Below, one piece after another: positions 52,681 through 64,000 of a stretch of DNA of 64,000 nucleotides (its first letter is position 1; each line of letters begins with the position of its first letter). Position numbers and translations under genes: made by a program. Source of the DNA: Lingula anatina (lineage: Eukaryota; Animalia; Brachiopoda). The stretch is from positions 21,146,848 through 21,210,847 of the forward strand of contig CM120643.1 of the NCBI GenBank assembly GCA_051362555.1, in the 5' to 3' direction. Under the pieces are notes generated by a model. That model made no database searches. It had not been told where the DNA came from and was given only the letters and a program-made list of their open reading frames with translations.

Positions 52681-55600
52681 GCTCGCCAAAGTTTTTAATT
52701 CGATAAAGGTGTTATGATTAAGAGAAAGACAGACAAAATCACTGTTAAATTTTCAACCCAACAACAATGTGGTATTTCGGTTATTTAAGCTTGTACATAG
52801 AACTGGCATGGATTATGATGTGCATTTTGGGGTGAAAAAAAAGAATTCCCAGTAACCACATATATAAATATATATATATAATGTGTATTAAAAAATGATT
52901 TTTCATTGAGCACACAATATGTTGTTTTTTCTTATTTTACTCTTTTGCTGAAGAATATACGCTTACAGAAACGCACCAAATCTTTTCTTGAGCTTTGGAC
53001 TAGAATTAATACTTTTTCTATCACTTTCAATTTCCCTTCTGTTCCTTTGATTTATTAATTGCCTATGTTTCCTACTGCGATACGATAATTTAATTGACTT
53101 ACAGAGATTCAGCATTTTCTTGATCGCTAGATTCAGTTTGGGTGTTGCATAAGGGCGCGCTATCCATGAACCGTTTTTGTAGTTACAGTGGAAAATCAAG
53201 CTCACTGAAAAGGTGATTTTGGCGTGTAAAAAGTAATAAACGCATGCAGCGTCAATGAAAAGTTTCAATACGTGATGGGCGTTGGCAGGGGATGGTTTCT
53301 TTCAGAATATAATAAATGGAACATATCACCGTGAGGCGTTCTTCATGCCAAGGTTAACAAACAACTATTGCGTAAAGCACTTATTTCTCATATTTTTTGC
53401 GAAGAAAATGCAATGAATGCCTTTGCCCTCAGGTTATGTTGATTTAACAAGGTAGAGGAATTTTTAACGTTTTTTTATCTGGAATCAAAAACCACAAAAC
53501 CGCAAAGTCGGTCCATTTTTTCCTGACGTGAGAAGATGTCGGGAACTTGGAATTCAGGCATGCAGTTTTAACTGATCGCCCGTGCAGGTAATTCAGACAT
53601 GGGAGCTCACAGACGTATCCCCTCGGGCACTTTGCAAAGCATAAGGTGTTGATGTGAATTGGACTTTAAGGACTCATTCCCAATAAAACTGTAGGTCTAC
53701 GTAGAACAATCTGACTCCGCGGGACTCTTTCAACACGCCTCCTTTTGTTTCCAAGGCACTCGTATAATCACCAGCTTTTCTGTATTCTACTCAACGGATG
53801 GAAGTAAGCGCTGAGACGTTTTGGCCAAAAGCGGCCAGAGAGCGGCCTAAGCCTCAAAATTAACGTATTAATAGATTCTTTGGAGGAAAGATAACAGATC
53901 ACTTTTAATGAGTGTGTGTCATCTTATGTAGACTATTTAACTAGAATGTAAACAACGTTCAACTGTTATCACGATTTTTACACGTATTATATCACGTCGA
54001 TGTGTTCGAAATTGTTGACAAATGTAACGATAGCATATACAATTTTGTGTACACCTGAATTACTGAAAGGCAGTATTTTATACAATCTGCATTAAAGGTC
54101 ATAATACATCGCTCCCGATTAATTTATGGTTAAAATATACGATTGAAATTGAATACTCCAATATTTACGCACTACTGTATACTTTTGGTTTGACTGTGAC
54201 AGAAAAGTTTCACGTTTCGGAGTTAACTCTCAGTAAGGCTTGATTGGAACCCGTCTCTCTTTGCAAGACCTGCATTTTCACAGAGTTATGGAATTAGGAA
54301 CAAAATGCTATATATGTAATATTTACAAAGATCTACGGTACAAATTAAGTTTTTGTTTTAATTTTTTAAACTATAAAAGGCCTAAAAAGCACTTGCGCTT
54401 TTTATTGCAAAAAGTGTGAGGTGTAAATTATTTATTGGAAAAATATTGTGGCAATAACACAAAAGTTATACGGGAATAATAAATTCAACAAGTTCAATGG
54501 TCCTCAAGAAATAAATGCACAAAATTGTTTACAAGAGGCAGTTCAAAGGAAAGTGATTAGAGTCAGTTATTTATGTGGTAATTCCCTATAACACAGGGTC
54601 GGGTCTGGGGACGTTCTCCGAGTGACGACAGGTGTCCCTTCAATATATCCCCGCCAACGTACCCCGAGTTTCGAAAGTTTTTGGTGAAACTTCCCTGTCC
54701 TTAGGTACACGCTTGCTGCCGCTCTGGTGGACAGGGAACCTAGCGGCACGTGTCACAAAAGAACCTAAGTCCCAAAATTGATCTGAATTTGAAGTTAAAC
54801 TTTTGGTCTAGTTTTACTGATGCTAAATAAATTGTGTCTGCTTTATATTACGAAAGGCGTGGATGATTTTTCAGCCTAAAACTTACTTAATTTAAATTGG
54901 ATACTTTTTAAACTGAAGAAAGTCATATTTTTGGCACAAAACACCAGTTTTCGTGTCAATGTTCTTTTGTGAAGCCGACCTAAGCTTTCTTTTGAATGGG
55001 CGTGCACCTGTCTTAACCACAGTCTTTTCTGTGACTGAATGAAAAGCCGTTGTATATGGTGTAAGCTATCCCAGCGAATGCAGATGCAGAGGATTTTAAA
55101 TGCGTCCCGAATCCCAGGGTGTCTACTAGCGCTGAAAATAAATGCCTCGTCTGTGTGCTGACACTCGGGGTAGCATAACTCTGCCTCGCAGTTCAAACTC
55201 CTAACGCAGCGTCTCTGCCCTGGCATAAAGAGTTATGACGACGGTGTGGTCTGGCCCGTAAACTCCCATGGGAAATAAAGAGCACAACAGCCACCAACAG
55301 ATCAACAACAGGGAGAAGAATGCCTGGTCGGAGGACGTGCGACGCGGGTTGGTTATTTTTGATGAAAGTGCCGCAACTGTTACCCTGCTCGATCGAAGGC
55401 TGAGAGGAGCTCGTGCCTCATATATTGTTGTTGTGATTAGTCTGGAATTGAGACACATTATTTGTTACGTGGAACCGCTGAAATTCTTTGGCGTAATGCA
55501 CCTGAGTGACCAACTCCAGACGCTTAAGGTGTTCATTCTTGCCAAGTGTGACCGTGTCTAATGCGCATACCTGCTCCTTGCTCGCACGCAAACGCACACG

Positions 55601-56111
55601 CACGCTCACTGTTATATAACACACGCGCGCGCGCACCTGTTTGCACAAGAAGCTATACAAAAATGGACGATTGCATTCTTTTTAGGAAATATGCAGAAGT
55701 TTGACTGTTAATTATGCACAATAAAATACAGATTTATTTCCGTTTTGATGCATCTGCCACACCCAAAGATTTATTCTATTCTTCTTTCAATTTTTGATTT
55801 CAAGATTCATAAGGAGATTTTTTGGTATCCATATAAACTGCATTAAATGACTGATATTCATTATATGACTTTATTATGTTATTTTGTTTTACGAAACGTT
55901 AATGTTTCATAAGCCGGGAAAAAAAGGAAATTCGATAAAATTTTGTCCCACATTTACTTTCTATCCTTTGCCTTTCTAAGTATAACATACTTTACAGAAA
56001 TATATACATTTGTAACATGTTGTGTCTTAATAATTGAAAGGGAAGTTTGAAAATGTTGTTAATTAAATCTTTTTACATATTTTTTAACCTTTTTAATAGA
56101 GCCTTTTGTTA

Positions 56112-56270
56112 CAGTCCCGTAGCCAGCAATTTCAAAAGGGGGGTTCTTTTTCTGAAAAAGTGGACCTTTTTCCATAAAAACTTCATGTACCTAGATCAAA
56201 TTTTACCCAGAGTGGACCTTTTTCCCAGCAAAAGGGGTGGTTCTTTCGAACCCCCCTGCGTACGGGCCTG
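56112..56270. mobile_element. Short MITE-like element
   Basis: ta|cagtcccgtagccag ... ctgcgtacgggcctg; internal repeat agtggacctttttcc occurs twice. Confidence 0.45.
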
Positions 56271-59200
56271 TGTTAGTTAGTATTTCTTTCGAATCTGTTA
56301 GTGGTGTTGCTTGAAAGCCATGGCCAGTGACCCGATAACAAATTAAAGGCACTACAAGAAAACATGGCAGAGTTCAAAGTCTTTGGAATTTCAACTCTTT
56401 TCAGAATCACACCTCAAGTTGAGGGCCGACAATTTATGTTCAAACGTGTGTCTTTTTATTCGTCCATAGAGGTTATTCGCCCTGCACGCCGGCTAACCCA
56501 CTCAGCGTAGCTGTCCTATAAATAGACTTGGACAATTTCTGTGCTGACACAGGCATCTAGACTTGCTTTTTGACAAAGGAGCACTAGTTCTCCCATACCC
56601 TCAATCTTTGGCGCACCAGCAAGGATTAAGACGTACTCTATAAATCATTGGGAATACCAGCGAAAACCGTTGGTCGTTTTAAGTGTACCTTTTACACTCT
56701 GCACTATGTCCGCTAGTGTTCTGTATTACACAATTATTGCATCGCATACTTGAATTTTGTATAGTATTTTAGATGCCCCTAACCTCAGAGGGTAACTCTA
56801 TATCATATTCACCATCCCCTAACAAAAGTATAAATAAATCATTTCATAGAAAATTTTATTGTCATAAACATTAATGCAGCAATAACAACATACAAAATCC
56901 CTAAAAAGTGCATTTATTGGGACACAGGGTAATTTCACAAAATGCCCATGTTACCCCTAGTCTTGTTTTTTGCACCTATTTGGTACTTGAATAGCTGAGG
57001 AAATCTTGATTTGTTCATTTGTAATAAGAAACATTCAAAATTAGATTAATATATTCTAAAGACGACAAATTTGTGCAAATTTGTAAGCAGATAAAAAGGC
57101 AAAATCACACCATTTAAAGCGAAGGCCAAAATACATGTAGTCTCCCACGTAGTCTTCAAATGAAATATTTTATGCCATAATTTTATCACTGTCAATTTAG
57201 GATTTTCGCTCTGTCAGATGATATAAAACAATTCCATTAAAATGTAATTTATGAAGACATTATATACGATACTTTGACAGATAGCAGTGATATTTTCCTA
57301 TCAATCGACACAATTGTCATTAAAGCGGAAATAATGTAGGCGACTTTATATTAGACTGCTATATATAGGAGTTCCTGCTTTCTTAGCAAGTTCTCGTGTT
57401 TCTCGGTTATTGTTAAGTAATAATAACACGACATAATGTCATCAGGTAGGCTGCCTTGACTAACTTATTATCTAACTTTGGGATCAAGATCGCCAAGTTC
57501 CCGAGGAAGTTCGATAACTCTCTTCAGCCATGGCATTTGGGTCTAATTCAAGGACATTGAGTCGCTCCCTCTCCCGATCATCAGCTGAACAGGTGAGATG
57601 AGGTGAGATTTTTCCTTTCGATTTATCAGATAACCAGTGTGGAATTTTTTAACCACAAAAAAAAAGTTGATAAAGCAGAATGAAGGATGGTAGAAGTGTA
57701 TATGTTACTAACCAGCAGAGGTAATCCTGATTAACTTGACCACAGTGGGTACACAGAGGATGGAATGTAGGAAATCAATAAGCGTGTTCCCATAAAACCG
57801 ACCCCAATTCATGAACCGGTGCGTCATTTCATGTAGACGTAATGAGAAAATGAGCACCGTTTTTCAGGGGAAAGTCTGCATGTCAGCTTTATTAAGCTAG
57901 TTAAAGCTAATGCCCAAGGCTCAATCAAGTGCGCCTTATATCTTCTTTATATTTAGTACTACATTACTCGAAAATAGTATATGTAACGATAAAGTGCAAA
58001 TGTTATCGCATACACTGACAAGCAAAGGACTAACAATTGCTTTTCCACAGCGAGAGTACGTTCAAAACTTGGGCTAAAAGGCTTACAAACTCGCACAGGT
58101 GATGGACATAAAAAAAATTTTATGGTTTACATTTAATATAACCATTGAAATAAAAGACATGGCAGTGGGTTGTGACAAACGCTTGGGGCAGTTGTGGGAG
58201 GCGTCCAGGTTATTTGCACCGTCTTGGGTACTCAACTAGACGCCGAAGAAAAAGTGAGACTACTGCTGTACCGAAAAGGTGTTAAAACTTTATAAATCTC
58301 TGCTCTTCGGAAATCCCCCTCCCTCCCGCCTCCCCCGTACCATTCTTCATTAAAAGTATAACAGTACAAGCATAAAGAGTCAAAACCATGCGGCAAGAAA
58401 AAAATCCTTTTGTCCCCTTCTCCTCCCCCCCTTCCCGACTACCTCCCCATTAGCAAAAATCCCGAATCTGCCAGTAATATCTGGCATTAATTCATTAACT
58501 GAGGTGTGGATGGCCAAGCACAGCTAGCAACGGGATGCGGTGCTGGAAAACGCGAATAACTGTCAAACATGGAATGTGTCCCGCACGTGCCTCTCTTACT
58601 CTCAGCGGTTATTTATAGACTTTAAAAACACGAGTTATTTGTGATGCCCACACTGGTTTAATAGTCCGATGTGGTGGGGCAAATATGTCTTTTTTCACTT
58701 CAAAAGAAATTTCCGATATAAATTTGCTTAATTGTTGTTTATTGAATAATAAGTCTTGCAAGGAATCAACAAAAGGAGCTTTCCTTATAAGAACGATCAA
58801 AATGGGTAGTGCTTGTTAAGTCATGCAAACCTAGTAAGATGTTTAATTGAAAAATAAAAGAAAAATAGTTAAAGAAAAAGAGCATGGATTTACATTCCAT
58901 TCCATTCTAAGCGAATTAAGTTCCACTGCCAACATTTTAATTGTTTCGTACTTCCTGAAAACAACGGACTAGTACCAATTTGGCCTATATAATGCAACTC
59001 GGAAGCCATTATGAAATACTTCCAGTTTTTCGTCCACGAGCACTTTCTTCATCAAAGAGGACTTTTTTGTATTGGGCATTTAACAGTCTTTACATTACAC
59101 GCTTTAAGTGACGCCGTATTGTGTGCGCTTACTACCTAACTCTCGAAGACCGTCTGCAGAAGGACACTTTTAAATCCCCTCCCTTGACACCTGAAGCTTC

Positions 59201-60548
59201 TCGTATTATCACTTTCTCCCGCCCATCGATCCACGTGATTGAGAGTAACACCCCCCTTCCCCCTCCCCCCGATAGCAAGGATTCCTGTCCCCATCATTTC
59301 ACACTGTCCTTCGATCCCCATGATTGAGAGTAAACCCCACCATGTCCCCACCCCGAACAAATGAGATTCCTGTCGTATTACTTTAACGTAATCATTATTT
59401 GCTGTCTGCGATACCATAAATTAAGAGAATAACTTTATTTTGAATCTTTGACTACAACACTGACACAAGGAACACAATTTTATGTTTCTTGAAAAAATAA
59501 TTATTACAGATCAAATTTTGTACATATATACATTTCTAATCTATATGTTACAAATGAGTACGACATTTTCTTTTCTGTTATACAATGTGAAAAGAAATGT
59601 ATTTGTTGCATTGACAAATAAATATAACGCAGTACAAAGTAAGTTCAGATGGCACTTCATGTCCCTTTGATTATGCCACAACATACTTAAGAGAAAGGGC
59701 CAATTGAATATTTGTCAAAAATATTTTACAATAATACCTAAGCAATGATCTGGAGAGAACTTTTATGCTTCTTTCCTTTTTCATTATCTCATTTTGCAAC
59801 AGGATCACCTAGACTCTACCTGAACTGTTTATTTTTTAATCACAAACGGTAAACAGCTTTTACAGCAAATATAATATTATACAGACATAGAATACTGATT
59901 GTACAACAAAATGTCTCACAATATTGGCAGTTCTGGATGACAAAACGTCAATTCATAACAACACCTATCACATTTGCTCTTGGTCCTAGTGGATATACGT
60001 GTGTGTCGACGATCATTTCATACTTTAAAACCGTCATAGTGTTATATATTTACCTCTAGGTTTTAAAAACTGCCCGAATGACGTCAAATCGTGATGTCAT
60101 GTCATGCACTGATGTTTAAATAATGACTCATCTTTTCATATTAGACACTTTACGTCACATTTCATAAAAGTGATACCATCATATATGTAGTCTTAGTCAC
60201 ATTGCACTCTTCTCTTGTGGAAATAAAAACGTTATTTCTCACATAAGTGGCTTTTTATCAATACATATTATTTCTCACATAAGTGGCTTTTTATCAATAC
60301 ATTAATTTCAGCAGCCGATAATGCTGTCTTTTTTGCCACAAAGCTCTTTGGTTTTTTCTTGGTCTCCATACGCAGCCGGCACTGTAGGGGTTACAATAAG
60401 GTCAACAACTTTATAATGACGACAGTAATTCAATAATGACGTCAGCAACTCAATATGACGTCAGCAACTGAATGATTGAACATCTTCAACTTGGCCACGT
60501 CCGTTTCTTTAGTACACCTTTCCTACCAGTCCATAGAATTATTTACCT

Positions 60549-60757
60549 TTATAAAGAGGCATTCACAACCCGTTTTGAAAATCTCGGCGTGGCGCACAGC
60601 CGGTATCGGGGAGGCGTAAGGGTCAGCCCTTGCTTCCCTTTAACAGGAGGAAGCTCTTCACCCTCGGGAGGAGTAAACGTGAAATTTCTGAGGATGGTGG
60701 AGAAGAAAACGAACAGCTCAGTTTTTACGAAGGCCTCCCCGATGCATGAACGTCTAC
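60549..60757 (-). CDS. Cytochrome P450 (CYP2 clan), last exon
   Basis: ttctag| phase 1; completes heme motif FSVG/RRSCIG; ends ...RVVNASL*. Confidence 0.93.
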
Positions 60758-61079
60758 CTAGAAGGAATTGAATGTAAAAATGTATTTAGATGAGGTAAAA
60801 CTTGGGAAATATGCTGTTGCGTGCGTGCAGTAGTAAATGTTTGGTACCAATGAGACTAGTTAATTAGCCGAAATTCAAATTCTTGGAATCAACAGTGGCA
60901 GCAGTTAAGGTCCATTACAATGCTTACCGGTAGTTTCCACAAATCTAAATAAGAGGTTTTAAATCTAACATACATTTCTAAAGTACAACAATTACCAAAT
61001 TTACTATTCAATATTTTTATTTTAATTCACTTTTCAGTACTATCTGCTTCTGAGCGATAATAAAACAAATAGAACTTAC

Positions 61080-62045
61080 CCACTGAGAACGGAATAAAAG
61101 CATCTGGTTTATTCCGTAAAAGGCCTCCATTTTCATCTAGGAATCTCTCAGGCCTGAACTCCTCCGGCTCCGGCCAATACTTTTCGTTCATCATCACAGA
61201 CCACAGGTTGGCAATCACCATCGTATTTTTGGGGATTGTGTACCCGTTAAAACTGACGTCTTCTGTGGTGGCTCGTGGCAGACCAAGAGGGACGATTGTG
61301 CTGCGCCTGTTGATCTCCATCAGCGTGGCTTGAGTGTACGGGGAGTGCCGCCGGTGGTAGTAACTGGTCGCAGTGACATCATCTTCCAGAAGCGAGTCCA
61401 GTTCGTCCTGCACTCGGCTCTGAACATCCGGGCAGTGCAGCATGAAGAACAGAGCCCAGCGCAGAGAGGTGGCCGTGGTTTCGTAGCCCGCACACAGCAA
61501 GTCGAACACCATGATGGTCAATTGTTCGTCGGAGAATTCCGGATCGCCCTCGTGCCGCGACTTCTCGTGCATCATGGCGTCGAGGAAACCACGCGTGACG
61601 GCAGGATCGTAGGTGTCTTTCGACTGCTGAATCCAGGTCTGAATTGTGTTCTTGATAACGGCTCTGTTGTACGCCAACTCCTTGTTCACTGGAAGCCAGG
61701 GTATTTGGAGAAATGGGAGGAAATTCTGCGCGGCGGCCGCGGCGGCAAGCACGGCGTTGCGGTTCACGCAGCGGAGGAGCTCTTTGAACAGCTTGTCATC
61801 CTGGTCGAACCGTTTCTGGAACACCATCATGAAAATGACGTTGGCTACGGCGAGATTGACCATCTCGGTGACTTCGAAGGGTTCTCCCGCGGCAGCGTGT
61901 TGACCAATGGCCTGCACCAGGATCTCAACCTCGCTCTGCATCATTTCCTCCAACTTTGGTTGGCCAATGCCCATCTCTCTTAGCAGCTGGAGCGCGAAGC
62001 GGCGCCGAGCGGAGAAGCCGTGGCCGTGGTCGCTGGACAAGATAC
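61080..62045 (-). CDS. Cytochrome P450 (CYP2 clan), large internal exon; N-terminal exon(s) not found in window
   Basis: I-helix DLLCAGYETT, K-helix EINR, FRPERF, FIPFSV|gtaagt; acceptor tttcag at 62046. Confidence 0.95.
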
Positions 62046-64000
62046 CTGAAACGATAATATAAATCTAGGGTTTAATTATCAAAATTTGTTTTATAAACTG
62101 ACATTTAGAACAAAGAAATAGTCCATGCATATTTTTATTACAATAGCGATTGACGCCAATTTTATCGCACTGAGCCAAGATTAATCTATATTTATTATTG
62201 GTATTATAGGATTGTTAAATGTTTTCATCTTATATCTTATCCTAACTAAGCCATGCTCTGTCAGGGAATTAAAAAAAGAACAAATGGCAACGTTTTACTG
62301 GAGTGGCCAGGTGTCATAGAATGAAATAAAATAGAGAATAATATGGACGTAGGTTTAACAATCCCCATAAACTTTATACAGAAAACCTACATGTACTTCT
62401 TCCTAAGATAAATCCGTAAAAGTCCACTACAATATAACAACTATCGATCTTAGATAATAGCCATTTTTTAATTGTTGTACAGCAGACTCAATATTTTCAT
62501 GCTACTTCTAATTAATCTTTGGTCATCGAAGGCTAAATTAGTCGGTCTTTACTTTGGCCCCTGGATATCATTATGGCAAAGCCGGGGATCTATGGCTGTA
62601 TTTTCCGTATCAGTGTTCATAATGTGTTCACTCATTGCAGTGCGCCATCGAGGGTTGGTGTGTTGTACAAACCGCTTCACCAGTCAAAACATCTCTGATA
62701 ATCAACAAACTAAACATAATATACGTAAGAAGTGGAGCAACTTTCTGATGCAGCTTCGAGCACGAACAATGTAATGTAGAACTAATATGCGTAACACCAG
62801 AGAGCCTTCCGTATATGTCCAGCTTGGACTTCTGACGTATTCAACAATATCGTTGAAAATAACTAATGGCAGTGCTTACTAGGATGATCCAGCCATCAAA
62901 CGCGAGTTAATCATCACAACTTAGTTTACGGCAAGAGAGCAGAGAGGGGGGAGAGGGAGAAGGGAGGGAGGATCCCCTGAATTTTATCTACTTTTAATTT
63001 AAAAACATGTGCTCGCAGATAGTATGGAGCTGCAACTTGTTCTCCTGTTTCTTCCCCCTAGGCCCAGGGACTTCAAGCCTATTTCAAAATACGTCCGGGA
63101 CTTGCCCTTGCGCTAAAGACCCCGCCTGCTCCAGGCGTGGCTTTATACAACACACCCTCGACTCATTGGATGCAAACACCACCCAGTGAGTACGAATGCA
63201 CCCAACCAAAAGATTTGCGGTGCGCTTAAAAGAAGGGGCTCTGGAATTCGGTCAAATGCCTCTTTTCTGAAGAGCGTTCTTTGTTTGCAGGATTAAAAAG
63301 CAACACGGGATGAGGGAAAACAAATAACCCCGCTCGCCGTTCAAAGCAAAAGCGCCGCTCGATGCAAACCAGTGCGCAGTGCCCTGGTACAACATCAGCT
63401 AGGAAGCAGACGGCGGCCAGGACCGGGGTTCCTTATTAGAGCAGGAGAGAACTGAAAAAAAAGCCACGCAGGGGGTTGTTTATTTCTACACCAGAAGTCT
63501 GGTCGGGTCGACATCGCGGTAAAGCTATGTCAAAATTTCTATTTTAGGCCCAAGGTTACCCTATGTCGTTCACCATGAGCTGCCAAATGAGTGTTACAAA
63601 CCGTACGAAGTTTACAAGATGGAAATAAAATGATCTGTAACATTGGTCGGTATGTAGGCTACAATACTGAAGTGCTGGCAGACTGTTTATTTTCGTCCCT
63701 AGATCTAGAGCATTAAATAATGGAGCTACATCTGTATATTTATATATTTATATAAATTTAAAAAAGAGAAGATTGAAGCGCACAGCTCAAAGCATTTTAT
63801 TGTAGACAAAGTCTATCAGACCTCACCTTCTTTCCAGGATAATAGGATTTCAGGTGAAAAGTCGACGCCGAGACAAGCTAAAAATATTTTTAAGAAAAAG
63901 AAACAGCGCAGGGGGAAATTAATGCGAAGTCGTGATGGCAGAAATGAGGCCCACTCTACCATTCAGGTGACATTCTCCAGACACCTGGATTGCGGACAGT

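Noticed and set aside
61330-61983. 217-aa + strand ORF
   Set aside because: Antisense shadow of the GC-rich P450 exon.
63827-64000. Candidate upstream P450 exon (donor-like aag|gtgag at 63826)
   Set aside because: Translation shows no P450 N-terminal features; the true exon probably lies outside the window.

Overview
AT-rich, intron-containing animal genomic DNA, probably a marine invertebrate (inferred from the repeat types; species not determinable). Four host genes can be reconstructed by hand. (1) At 2902-12852 (+), a 6-exon gene for a ~2366-aa protein: signal peptide, then ~345 tandem Gly-Thr-Gly-Gly-Pro-Pro units (691 Gly-X-Y triplets in one 6.3-kb exon), short conventional collagen exons, a Gly/Thr/Phe linker with GQN(F/L)G repeats, one transmembrane helix and a cytoplasmic coiled coil. 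This looks like a giant type-I membrane collagen-like protein. The last intron has a GC donor, and reading through it gives a secreted form. This is the main novelty. (2) An atypical Rab-like GTPase (-), 23402-28727. (3) DPM1 (+), 8 exons, 31303-51025, head-to-head with the Rab-like gene. (4) The last two exons of a CYP2-clan P450 (-), 60549-62045. DPM1 intron 1 holds a nested stack: a tRNA-derived unit abutting a short-LTR Gypsy element (Mag/SURL/Steamer type). The Gypsy pol is split by a 6.9-kb TIR transposon that itself contains a second TIR element, and 1.2 kb of pol is inverted at inverted microhomology. The rest is LINE pieces, Helentron-type elements, MITEs and microsatellites. All splice models are manual and unverified by transcript data.
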